Shown piece by piece: positions 36,759 to 48,705 of a stretch of DNA of 51,943 nucleotides; position 1 is the stretch's first letter; each line of letters opens with the position of its first letter. Origin of the DNA: Spongospora subterranea f. sp. subterranea (Eukaryota); NCBI GenBank assembly GCA_049724395.1, contig JAUGWO010000018.1, positions 62,001 to 113,943 of the forward strand, in the 5' to 3' direction. The notes beneath the pieces were generated by a model, which saw only the letters and a program-made list of their open reading frames with translations, searched no databases and was not told the DNA's origin. A program made the translations under genes and the position numbers.

Positions 36759-37799
36759 GACCAATAGAGAGAGTGAGGGAAGGGGACGTGATGTTTCCCT
36801 CGTCACAAATCTACACTTGTCCGGATTTGGCGCCGTCTTTACGGACATTGACCACTGGTGCCGACCAGTGACTGTGAGTCCGCGGCCTGTCAATTCTCGA
36901 ATTGGCAGACCATATGTCATTTTGCAGAATGTCCGTCAAACATCTGGCACATTGATGGCTTATTATGGCATAATGACCAAAATGGCCTATAATGGACCAT
37001 GGCGATATGGAGAAACGAGCAAAATGACATATTTAATGCAACTCTGTGGCTGCCAGACGCCGCCTCTGTTTGGCAGCAACAGCGGTTCATTAGGTCACCA
37101 GCATCATTTCCTTTACAGTATATCATGAGTTCGCAATTGAGCGACTGCTCCACGGTTTCAATCTTCCGCATTGGGAGTGGGTGTCCTGTATGAAGCCTAA
37201 AAGACCAAAGCTCTGACAATTCGCATCATGAGAAGAATCAGCGCGCTTTCCAATCGGCCAGACAAATGCGGCCGTTAATCGTCCACATCGGGGATTTTTG
37301 TTTTGGGTAAACTTATCAGGGCCCCACGGCCAACTTATGTCGTAAGAATCTCGAACTATCAGTTAAAAACGCCTTATCGGATGGTCCCTCGCTTTATCCC
37401 TTCGTCCACGGTCGCCCTTGTCCCCAGTTCTTGATCGATTTATAAAAATATTGATTTGAATCGTAGTCCTCCGGCACACTCCGACTCAGCCAAGTTCACT
37501 TTCGTCCAACAGCTTCAACTCACCATCCAGGGGATGCGGCAGCAACAGCTACAGCTCCAGGAGCAACTTGTTCGTACCCCAGAACCGTTGTCAGCCGTAT
37601 CGGGATACATCGCGTTGTTCGGTTAACGTCGTTGTGAACGTTTAATTCCGCTTCTCATCTCTAAGCTCCTCACCCGCTCTCGCTCCTCTCCCCTCCCTTC
37701 GCTCTACTCTCCAATTGCACCTCCGCTCCTCCTCTCCATCTTCATTCCTCCCCGCGCCACGTTCGCTCTATTAAAGGTTCGCAGAGAAGAGTTCTTCTG

Positions 37800-38060
37800 C
37801 AACCGAGAAATTGAGAACCCGAAAGCGTGTCTGGCAGAGCAATTTATTGGGTACCCCTTCATGGTTCGAGGGTTCAAACCATATCCTTTGGTCATCCATC
37901 AGCAGCCGTTCACAAATGGCACTGAAATATCGATGGTGTTGTTGGTCGGCAGCCAGCTAGCGGGATTGGCACAGGAATGGTTTAATCCATTTCCTCAAAC
38001 ACAGGACCCGACTCTTTGGAGCAGTTCTTTGTGCTGCACTTCATTTCACAGTACTCATCT
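37800..38060 (+). mobile_element. Ty3/gypsy gag remnant
   Basis: IHQQPF...VLLVGSQLAGLAQEWFNPF..TQDP then, frameshifted, EQFFVLHF fits the retrotransposon gag capsid pattern. Confidence 0.55.
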
Positions 38061-39992
38061 CTCTCTCTCTCTTTTTCTCTGGTTCCTTTTTCTCGCGCCC
38101 GTCCGTTAAGCTACGTCCAAGCGGATGGACGCGGGAAAAGGAACCAGAGAAAGAGAGAAATTTCTCAAAAGCGAACTTCTGAAGAGCGTAGGAGTACAGT
38201 ATTGTGGAGTACATTCCGCGTCCATCTCTCGAGTGTGTCGGTTGACGGTATTGTTGGCAAAGATACTGTCATGGACTTGGTCCAAGTCCATGTGGGAATT
38301 GTGTAGGAAATCACCGTCCAGGACAGACGAGGAGCGAAAGGAAGGAGCAAAGGAATTCAAGGAACAGATAGTGCAAATACAGCATGATGAGTTAATATTC
38401 GAAAAGATCCCCTTTTTTAAGGTAGTCATATTGAGTTTAACCACTCTTTACTTCCAGCCCTCTGGATTTAAACTGTACCATCAAATCTGAAATAGATTTT
38501 AAGCCAGCATTAGACAGGAAACCACCCCTTCAATTCTCTAAAAAAAAGTCATCGTCGGATTTGTGTTTTTTACGAGCGATAATACACTGGGTCTGTGTCA
38601 AATCAGGAAGCGAACGCGGCTGACACAAGAATAGCCACCATATCTCATCTGTCGAACAGTTCAGGTGTTAATGGATTCCATCGAACAGGACGTCGTTGAT
38701 ATGATCAATATTGTCCGTAGAGATGTTTTTGGTCTTGGCGTATTCCGGCGATCATTCCCGATGTAAATCACACAATTCCCCCATGTGGGGCGGACCGTAT
38801 TCGAGCAGATTTCGAGAAGGAATTCGTCCCATTACATCATCTTCAGATAACCGCACCGTTATTGCTTGAGTTGTGACCACGACCCAATCAACTGGGCCGA
38901 AATGCTCAATCTTTCGCGATCCTCAACATCTCCCTGACACATTGGTCACAGGGGGATTCCCTGGCTCATGCAGCAATGATCACGCGAACGACATAATATC
39001 ATGAGAACACGGGACAGAGAGGGCAACACAAACATGGAAAACACTTGAGGCATTGCGAATGGGATCGGCGATATCGATCATGGCAGTTCCGGTTGAGACA
39101 ATGAGTCGGCAACAAGTTGAACTGTCAAAGAGCGGTGCTGTACAAATGCATTGCTGTAAACTGTCATGACGCCATGGACCAAGATATCGCCGTTCGAGTT
39201 ATAGTATAAACAATGTAACTACTCGATCGGAATAAATCTCAGTTCGATCAACAGACGGTTTACCATAACGTCTTTCACGTTTTCTCGTTCTCACTATCTC
39301 GCTCGTCCCCTCTTAGGACCAAAAGATGTGCCGAGGAAACGAGACAATCGAGGTAAAGAAGGGAAGAGCGTGAAAGAGGGCGGAAACGATCAAGAAGGTG
39401 GGAAAGGGGGACAACGACACAGAAGATAAAACGTTCGTTGACCCGCGGTTCAATCCGATCATAAAACCCTGTGTATTATACGATAAACTGGTCTAAGGAG
39501 ATATTGTGTCAATGGAGTGATGACATAACAAGCGGTCTCCGATTGTTGTCGCCCATCCAGCACGGTGACAGTTATTCCAATCGGAAGGCGCCACATACAC
39601 ATCATCAGAAAACACGGGGATTGACACTTCTCGGGAGGGAATCGATCAACCTGCTCTGTCGCAGAACAATATGGACTTCGTCGAACACTCGCCATGAGTC
39701 GTTTGGCGCTGTAGTCCCCGATCAGGATCAATATCCTATATTGCCGCTAATCCATTATATCCAATACCTTATTAACTTCCATATTTCAGCCCACGACCCA
39801 TTGGTCTATAATCCCATCAATAGATGTTGAACGATTGACATTCTCTCATTGGTTCATGGATTTGAGTATTATTCTAAGTATTATTCTTCCAACATTGTAC
39901 AGGCATTAGTTGACGAAACCGTGAATTTAACCGTTTAGTCTATTTCAATTTCGTTGCTATTTTTTAAACAGAGCCAACAACCAACGAGGATA

Positions 39993-40811
39993 TCATGAAG
40001 AGGTACAATACGCGGTGGAATACTCGACATATTGCGTTTCGGGGAACAGCCACAACAGCATTATCATTAGAAAGAGAAGATATAACAGCGATAGAGGGAT
40101 AACAGTAAATCGACGACGATCGATATTACCAATATGGCTATCAACAGATGCAATATCTGTGAAATCTTGGGCGGATGTCGCATCAACAGGCAGTGATTCC
40201 CTCGAGATCTGTTCTTCTTCGAAAACTTCACCAACACGTTGTGAGCTTGATTGGATTAGCACCTCGTCGAAAAGCTCAGGAACAGGATGTGATTCTCGCG
40301 AAATCTGCTCCTCGAGGAAGAGATCCCGATTATTAACTACAGAGCTGCTCTCACCAATGACATAGATCAATTTCTCGGCTGGAACAACATCAACGTCACG
40401 AACAACATCGTCAGGGGGTGTATCATCAACAGGTTGTGATCGGCAATCAGTCTCTTCATGGTCGACGATTTCCCCATTATTTCCTGAGCGGTTATCACCA
40501 ATGATTCTGCGTGATCTCCCGGCTGGAACAGCATCAACGCCTTTGGACAATTCCTTGATTTCATCATTATTATCTGCAACAGCCGAGGGCATTTTTCCCT
40601 CCATAAACGTAATCCAATCATCAATTTTCGAACCAACTATTTTTAGACGACGTTTAGATGAACGACCAATTTTTTTGAGCTCAGTTTGGAAGCGCTTGGG
40701 GATAAGTGGCGGGCTGGTATCTGAACCTGATTGGTCCTGATCCCCAGGGTCGGCCAGAGCGATTGTATGAGCGAGTACAATCACGACAGTGATCAGGATG
40801 AACAAGTTCAT
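39993..40811 (-). CDS. Secreted/membrane-anchored acidic repeat protein (272 aa), family member 2
   Basis: MNLFILITVVIVLAHTIA signal peptide; DQSGSDT..P..PKR, KELSKGVDAVPAG and NNG...EE..C.SQ.VD shared with member 1; C-terminal TM helix VIPLSLLYLLFLMIMLLWLF. Confidence 0.85.
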   Translation of the reverse strand: MNLFILITVVIVLAHTIALADPGDQDQSGSDTSPPLIPKRFQTELKKIGRSSKRRLKIVGSKIDDWITFMEGKMPSAVADNNDEIKELSKGVDAVPAGRSRRIIGDNRSGNNGEIVDHEETDCRSQPVDDTPPDDVVRDVDVVPAEKLIYVIGESSSVVNNRDLFLEEQISRESHPVPELFDEVLIQSSSQRVGEVFEEEQISRESLPVDATSAQDFTDIASVDSHIGNIDRRRFTVIPLSLLYLLFLMIMLLWLFPETQYVEYSTAYCTSS

Positions 40812-41076
40812 GGCGAACGGAGAGTGAGGGACAGTGTCCGTACGGACAAGAATGACCAAGTGGCGTTTTAGGAAATGGTCGGGGCGGCGATCTGAGTCGG
40901 ACTTGTAAAGGACCCGAACTCCGTAAATGACGCAAAAATGGCCCAAAAATGTCCCGCCAAAAGCTGATTTCGGCCCAAAAATGACCCAAGGACTTGAATT
41001 TCCCGTCCTTCGTTGCCTTTAATCCTGATTTTTCTCGAGAGCCCCAATAGATGATCAATGTCGTCGAAGCGAAGCA

Positions 41077-42860
41077 TTGTTCAAGATGGGTCAAACATAC
41101 GTCATATCCCCGATTTCTCTAAAAAAAAGCACGAAATACTATCGCTGCAGTGATTGTTGCGCCATAAAGCACAGGCAAGAGCAGTGCTTGACTACATTGG
41201 TAGTATTGCCCGATGGAACCGTCAAGGTCAGCGATGAACAGCGGGTTCACTGCTGCCACCCTACCTACCACCCCCTACCTGCCACCCTACCTACCACCCC
41301 CTACCTGCCACCCTACCTACCACCCTACCTACAACTTTGTCTCCCCCAAACCCTAAACTCCGTGACACTGTAGGTAACGGCCTCACTATTAGCGCTACAG
41401 TTCCCGAAATCTCTTGTATGGATAGCCTATCTCATACCCTACCCAGTTGGAAATGTATTGTATTTTACAATGCGTAGCGTTCAGGTCTTCACGGGTTTGA
41501 CGGAGACGTCGTTTACGGTGATCATGAGATTGACGTCCTGGTCAAGAATGTCGAGAAGGAGGTCGGTGCTGTGAAATGTGCTGCATTTCATTGGTATATT
41601 GATGATGTTTATTATTTTCAGATGAAAGGAATGATTGATGATCTGGCTGAAACTGACCGATCACGAATCGCAACCTCAAATCTGAGTGGAAGTCAGCGCC
41701 AACATTCTAGACAATTATCAAACCAATCCGGTCCAGATTATGAAGAGCAAGAAGCGGGTACAGAACGTCCGGCATGGTGGCCGTACTGCAGATAGGGTGA
41801 TGGATATTGAGGAGCGAGACCCTTGTTCTGACCACGAACCACATCCTCCCATTGTTAGCGGTCAACACGGCACGTGTATGAAGGGGATTACACAACATAG
41901 GCTGGCTGGATTGGGGTCATCCTGGAAGATACAAGACGGTCAAACAACCAGGTACAGTACTCATTTGTTCGTGGACACAACATTTAAAGTTGTCCCGGCT
42001 GCTTTTAAACTGCTTCTGGTGGTGATGGCAAAAGACGTGGTCAACGACTTAATTTCCCGTGTTTCTTTGTTCTGATGACCGGAAAACCCGCTAGTTTATA
42101 CCGGATGGCGTGTAATTAGATCAATGCGGTCATTGGAGACAACAGTCAATCTTGGCACAGGCGGAAGTCGCACGAGTAAGGACGGCTGCACTGTCGAAAA
42201 GCAAGGGATAATACAGAGCATTTCTTCTCTAACCCATTATCAGACGCCCAGGAAAATCCTATTACCTGTGATTTTGAACAGGCTTTTATGTGTTATCAAC
42301 TGATTCTATGATTTGTAGAGTGTGACAGTGTTTTAGATGTTTTGGGGACAGAGTATCCATTGTCGGATGGTTTTTCCATTGTAAACAAGTCAATCGCTGG
42401 GTCCTTTCTAAACTGAAACTATCAGATCATTCAGTAAATTCTTGATGAGGCCAGGGATCTTGGACGCGCTAACCGGTATTGAACACCATGAGATTACGAT
42501 GGTGGGATTCGAGTACCTCCGTGCTCAATTGGCATTGGAAAGTCAGGTGGAGGTGAATGCGTTAGAAAAGTGTTTCGATTACATCGACAAAACGTGGGCG
42601 CGCTCTCCTCTTGACTGGAATCTTAGCACCCAAATAACAAGAGGGGAAGAGGTTGCCAATCGAACCAACAGCCCACACTGGAAAATGGACAATTTTACTG
42701 CAAGTGTTGGCTCGATAAGAGCGAGAGAAATATCTGGATAGCGCGAAGTACTACGAACTTTCGTAATCACCTGATAACTTTCATTCCGATCGATATTCGA
42801 TTCAAGGTCCCAATCAAACCAAGCTACACCATCATAATTCTGGTTAACGAGAAAACGAAT
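41077..42860 (+). mobile_element. Mutator/MULE transposase pseudogene
   Basis: FLYWCH-like YYRCS..C..H; LFVDTTFKVVPAAF; LMTGK...Y; ITCDFEQA; IVGWFFHCKQ; FDYIDKTW..WN..NRTNS; many frameshifts. Confidence 0.85.
41252..41330. repeat. Short C-rich tandem repeat (~26-bp unit of ctac/ccac motifs, ~3 copies)
   Basis: ctgccaccctacctaccaccccctac repeated. Confidence 0.85.
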
Positions 42861-42884
42861 TACGAACACTGCGTTGGAAGTTTG

Positions 42885-43749
42885 CAGCGGTTGACAAGTT
42901 GTTGGCGGACCAAACGTTGACCAACTGGATTATCAATCATGCTCAACCGTTCGCCTTTGTGGAACAACCTGACTTCCAAAGATTTTGCAACGCCCTGCGA
43001 GCGGACTACCCTCCTCCTGGTCGAACATCCTATACGGAATCGTGTTCTCAAACGATGGCGGCAACAAAAAGACCTTGCGCGACAAAAGTTGCTAAAGGGC
43101 GTGGCAGGTCGACGATGTGGACTTACAACAGACATGTGGATTGCACTCCCGTTGGCACTACATCGATGATTCTTGGGAGATGCAATCCGGGTTTGGCTGC
43201 CGTTCGGACGAGTGATGTACCCGCATACCGGGCAACGGTTGACTGAGCAGTTGATTGCCTCAATGAAGGATATGCATGGGATGCCTGCTGCAGTCAATCT
43301 GGGCAATCACAGCAGATAATGCGATCAGGTGCTGAGCCAACCGTCCCCCGGGATGCGGCGGATTGCATCTGGCAAGAATCATTCGATGCAGTGCAATATG
43401 AGTGCCATGAAGTATAGATTATATGGGGGACTTTCACATCAGTGCCAAGGGAGTCTGCGTTCTCGCGTTCTGGAACAACCATTTAGCAATCGGCGCTCCC
43501 GTTTAGGAGACGATGCAGTTCAAGCAATCACAGAATTGCAATCATCTGTCAACAAATAGTATTCACTGAATCTCAATTATTCCTATGTTCCAAAATAAAT
43601 ATCTCAACCTGCTATCATTCTTAGCTTTCAAATAAATATATATTTTCAACATTTTGCAAAAAAAAAATGCTGATTATAGCGCACACAACGAAGATATCGA
43701 GAAATGATACTTCCTGCTCATCACGAGGGTCAACCCGCTGACATCTCTA
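42885..43749 (+). mobile_element. Internally deleted hAT transposon, 3' part
   Basis: WIINHAQPFAFVEQPDF..PGRT, GLTTDMW (first catalytic D), dimerisation domain ESAFSRSG..SNRRSRLGDDAVQA; AT-rich 3' region ending in catctcta (TAGAGATG-type TIR). Confidence 0.85.
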
Positions 43750-44468
43750 GTGATGGCCCAATCTCCCAGTGTCTAAGCGGCGGTCGTTGGTGATGCGATC
43801 GGTGGTTTGGACAAACTGTCAACGGCTAGGGAGACGGATTGTTGTTGGCAGCAAACGACGATTGTCCGAACTGCATCACAACGCCACGTTTTAGGCCAAC
43901 GCCCGAACCCTCATCGCTCCTGTCGTTTGTGTCAGTTGATTACTGTATATCTCGGTCCCAGTTCCTAACACCTGTATTTCGGACGGAAGTCATCGCGTAT
44001 AATATCAGATTTTCTGAAAAACCAACGTCGTCAACGATCACGTTCGTGCCTTTCAAGCCGGGAAACACGGAACCGGTAGTCCACAATTCTGAAAAGGTTT
44101 GAAGAGTCTGCGAATTTCACACCGAAAAAGATTGAATTTAGCTAAGGAATTCAATTGCTGTAGGTTTTCAGCAAGGTTTTACAGGAAGGCGAATTGGTGT
44201 AAGTTTTCCCTTCTTGTGCAGGTAACAAGTGACTCGATATTGGCCATTTAACAGTTCGGATCCAAATTGTTGAGCTGGTAGTCCCAACCACACAGAAAAT
44301 CGTTCAGTTTAAAAGCACAGTGTAGTCAACGCCTGTTGATAGCAAGTACGGTTGGAGTAGCTGAACGGTAATTGACGAGCTGGATTGGTACAGGAGCGGC
44401 TCCATTCCCAGCCGGAACAAATATTGTGTGATTGTGATTTTGATGTACGGGATAGTAGTACTTTTATT

Positions 44469-45077
44469 TTACAACCAACGCGTGTGTAGGCAACGATTAT
44501 AGTAGAGAAACCACAAGCGAAGGAGCAAAGAGCCTAGGACAAGAAACACGGAGGTGATCGCCGATTCCTTGAAGGTCATCTCGTCGGGGGCGCATGCAAC
44601 AGTTTGAGGGTCTTGGGATTTCACATCTTTCCCAGCAGGTCCAACAGAATGCGGTGTTATCGAGTTGAGCTCTTCCAGAGGGTTTCTTGGAGTCGATGCA
44701 GGACGTTGGAACTGAATGGCAATTGCCGTCTTGTCTTGATCCTGGCAACGCTTTGTACTATCGACAGGAAGAATTTCAACTGAACGAGGTGCTATCAAAT
44801 CGATTTCATCCTGATCTTCTTCTAAAGGGTTCCTTGGAATCGATGCAGGGCGCTGTGCCTGATTGGCTATAACCGTCCGGCCTTGATCCTGGCAATGCTT
44901 TAAGATATGATCAGGAAGATTGCTATAAGACTCCTCAACTCCGATTCTTGCAGGATGCCTCGCCAACATCAAAAGAGGTCTCCAACCCTCAATTTTTGAC
45001 GAAACCATAACTTCACAAGAAGGATTGCCATAGATATCCTTCTTCTGTCTGATATCGATATTGACTCGGACGATCAA
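44469..45077 (-). CDS. Hypothetical membrane protein (or 3' fragment) with a duplicated ~26-aa motif and C-terminal TM helix
   Basis: 202-codon open frame; CQDQ.RT.IA.Q.QRPAS.PRNPLEE twice; hydrophobic AITSVFLVLGSLLLRLWFLYY; no clear upstream in-frame ATG. Confidence 0.45.
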   Translation of the reverse strand: MIVRVNIDIRQKKDIYGNPSCEVMVSSKIEGWRPLLMLARHPARIGVEESYSNLPDHILKHCQDQGRTVIANQAQRPASIPRNPLEEDQDEIDLIAPRSVEILPVDSTKRCQDQDKTAIAIQFQRPASTPRNPLEELNSITPHSVGPAGKDVKSQDPQTVACAPDEMTFKESAITSVFLVLGSLLLRLWFLYYNRCLHTRWL

Positions 45078-45265
45078 ACCCTGAGAATACCCACCCGGAG
45101 TTGCTACTTGATAAACTGTAAAGACGGCATGATCTTTGTCGATGTAATGGACACTGACGACATTGAAATCACATTATGAATACTGTGTTGATACACTGTA
45201 ATTACCCAATTGTCATCTCAATACGAGCTCGTACTATGTTTGTTCGAACACCGTTCATATTTTTT

Positions 45266-46130
45266 TTAAAGACGTTGTCTACGTAACCAATCAAATTTGA
45301 TGAACAATTCCCAGACTGATCTCAGCTTACCTTGTTTTTGAAACCACTCCGTTTGTTTTTCGATCTTCGATGAGGCGTCAAAGTATATTGTGTTTATGAA
45401 CTTGTCACTGATCAAAGAGGTAATAATCTGCTGCAATGAAAACGTGACGTCCTCTTTAGAAACGAGTTGTGTGAAACCAGTAGTAAAATCCTCGGATAAA
45501 CTCGGAAATTTAACTGGGAATTCCCACTGGCCATTGGCGACGTCGTCATTGGTGATATCAATTGAGAGGCCACCATCATTTACTGGACAATTCTCGACAT
45601 TTGATACTGATCTGAAAATAGCCATGGGAACAATGCCAGTGCTACTGGACGACCCTTACTCAATTGAACCGTTCTCAGTTGCAACGTCCGAACGACTTGC
45701 AGGCCTCTAGGGTGAGTTTTAATATAGCGTTCTAGAAACAATCTTTGTGAAAACCTTAAGGCAACCTTCGGGGAATGGCTTATCATCAGTTTGTGATTCG
45801 AGAATGATCTCATCCTCGTCGAAGATATCCCCATTAGTCACTGAGCGCTTCTGATTCGACAGTTCCTCAATTGAACCGTTCTTAGCTGTAACAGCCGAAC
45901 GATTTTTTGGCTTCAAACCTGAAATGCACTTCCCAAATGTTTGAAGGAAAAGATTCTTGATACGACTTTGCAGATGAACGAGCAACTTTGTTGAACCGAT
46001 CAACGCAGCGTCGCGTCAACGTGATCGGTACGGGAATATCCGGCGATATTTCATTTTGATTCGAAGGTTCGGACAAAATAGGCTGAGCTAATGTGATCAC
46101 GACAGTTATGAGAATTATGGAATAGTTCAT
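45266..46130 (-). pseudogene. Secreted acidic repeat protein family member 3, disrupted
   Basis: MNYSIILITVVITLAQ signal peptide; NKVARSSA/SR..FGKCI..K.K.RSAV.AKNGSIEELS..SVTNGDIFDEDE..ESQT homologous to members 1-2; frameshift near 45965, stops at ~45720 and ~45657. Confidence 0.75.
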
Positions 46131-47194
46131 GGCGAATAAAGAGTGAGCGACGGTGAAGGTATTTAATCCCTGGTCATAATAAGTCCCAAAACCAGGGTGC
46201 AGTCCATGGCGGTACGGACATTGCCGACGGTGTGGCGTCCCCCAACTCTGTACTGTACACAGCGACAGCGCTACGGTGAAGATTTGAGTCATCCTCGATC
46301 GAATGACAGTAGCGCCAAATATGTGTCGCCAAAGTGCCATGTGTATCAGAGTATCATACAGTCGCGGTTCACCCAAGTCCTTATTCGGCATGTGTCTGGG
46401 AAAAATATCGCAGCCCTTATCTGATGAGGGCATTCAAATGATGACTCTCGCTCGACGAGCTCGGAAAATAACGATGATGATGAAGCGTGTCAGTTTTCGA
46501 TCCTCGATCGGGGTTAGAGATCCCCTTGATATTAGCTCCGTCGTTGCACCAGGGATGCTTCTTGGCGCACTTTGGATGCCGATGAAAACGATGAAGGCTT
46601 TGCTTCAGGAGTCTCGTTAGACCGGCCCTTTGACTTTCAGTTGGCAGCTTTTATAGGAAGGATTACCCAATCAAGAGGGTTTGATCGATCTACTATTTCT
46701 TCTAGAAAGCGTTTCTGCTATGGTCTCTCCATCAACCTTATCCCGAGTGACGTTATATAGCTGATTTGAGCGCTTCATTGGACGTTCCGGAAGCGCAGGC
46801 CCCCCGCAAACCTAAAATAACCAAACCCTTTGGCGTGCCTGAGTTCACCATGACGATTGGGTTGGCTGCCGTGAGATTGGGCGGGAACATTATGCGATGA
46901 GGACTGAGGTTACGAGGAGTGTGCCCATAGGACAGTCCTCTTCGCATCAACCTGCTTGGTGCTTCGTTGCCTTTCGTGCATTGCTGGGCAGAACTGAATT
47001 TCCTTCAAGGTGTTGGACTATATCTTCAAAATACAAGGTGCACCGTATAGTATCGCCGGAGTGGCGTCCGATTTCATTGCAATCAACGACAACTTGCTGG
47101 CTTTGACAATGATGACTGGAGTCAATAAAGATTACCCAACGGTGATCGACACAATTGATGCATCTAGGCCGTTATTTGTGGCGATATTATTCGC

Positions 47195-47370
47195 TGGTTC
47201 GGATGACTTTCCAGTTTGGGAAAGGCGCAGTGTGGCATTGTTAGAAGAGTCATACCCCGTCTTTTCCAAACTGGAACATCATCCGAACCACGTAGTTTAG
47301 CAATATGAATTAATATGGTTGACATTAGATCAAAATTTGATACTGGATAAGCCGTGTGATAAAGAGAGAA
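47195..47370 (-). mobile_element. Copia gag 5' remnant with a 33-bp fold-back (47195-47227 / 47258-47290)
   Basis: - strand MSTILIHIAKLRGSDDVPVWKRRGMTLL resembles the Copia gag N-terminus (KLxGxxNYxxW); + strand copy GSDDFPVWERR. Confidence 0.5.
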
Positions 47371-48705
47371 TGGGGGAGAAATAGAGCGATTCCATAGAGT
47401 CGTGTTATTTGCGAAGCCAGCATCCAGAAGAGTCCTGATTTCTTCACGCCAATCTGTTCGAAGCTTGAATGGTAATGGGCAGCGGAACAATGCACACAAT
47501 TGATTAACCGCTAGTCAGACCCCAGCATCTTCTTTTCCTATCGGGGATATTGGACGTTCGCAAACAAAATGTTGCTTCTAGAACGGCGGACCCCATATAC
47601 ACATCGATGATTACAAGAGTCATTGTATGCGATGCCATTCATTTGACTCTACCGTACATGTTGTATTCTCAGTTCCAAAGTTGTGTTGTGACTTTCGCCC
47701 GCCGTTTAGTATCGGGAATACAAGAATGGACTGTAAAGAAGACTACCTGACGTTTTGCAAATGATGGAGATAAGACGCGAAACCCATACAGCCGTAAACG
47801 CAGGGTGTTCTATGCAAAACCCAAACTCTGCAAAAAACTTTGTGAGTTCATCTGCACGACATGTGATCAATGTCATGACGCAAAATGCCAAATTGATGGA
47901 TGTATACAGTTTTGTTTAATTTTCAAGTGAGGGTAGAACTTCGTCTGATGTCGCCCTTTGTTGAAGACGTGCCATTTCCTCGGGGTCTACAACACACCAT
48001 TACTCCGGTACAAAACAGTACTGTGCAACAATCACATACCGATCGCGGCAATAAGTTTTGGCAGTGCCCATCCCATCAAAGCGGTAAATGAAAGCATCAT
48101 CTAACGAGAACACGTGCTTAGGCAAACAGAAAAAACACAGCACATAACGCTGACGATCATGGGATTCTTGAGAAGGGAGAATGGAGAGAAGGGGATAAAA
48201 ACTTCGAAGAACTGCTGCTTGTGTTCAGGTGAAATATAAAGTGGGATAGAAACTGCCAACGAGCCATTTAATTGATATCTGGCGCGAATGCGGCCTTTCG
48301 CGAGAATATCAACACGAATCTAATGAAAAAATGCACGCTCAAACTGGCGACGTGAATTGAATTGCATTAAGATTACGGTTTTGAAAACATAATCCGGCGA
48401 CTCCGCTGACAATAGATAAGACCCAGGTTTGAGATTGTTGCTGTAAACAGTATCCGACAATCATTGACGAAGAATCAATTCAACAACTTGCACACCTACA
48501 ATGAGAATGCCCCGTTTTCTTGGGGGATCACCGTATGTTCCCTATTGTTAAGGTGTATACGTGCGAAAGATGGGTTGGGAATTGCAAGTTTTCCCTCAAT
48601 GCTTGAAAGTATAGGTTCACATTGTGCAAAGGAAGCGAGAAGCAGTAGTCCAAGGAGGAAGATCATCGAACCAGGAGATGACAGTCCGCCAATACCTGTT
48701 CATTT

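Noticed and set aside
36759..36920. N-terminal extensions of the secreted-protein ORFs (also 40812-40946 and 46131-46433)
   Set aside because: Homology among paralogues and the signal peptides begin at the internal ATGs; the extensions are not conserved.
39162..39253. Possible solo LTR (tgtcatgac...aataaa...atcaaca)
   Set aside because: No matching TSD and no second copy in the window.
38718..43749. Full hAT element from tagagatgt (38718) to acatctcta (43749) carrying a secreted-protein gene
   Set aside because: Only 9 bp of TIR match and there is no 8-bp TSD.
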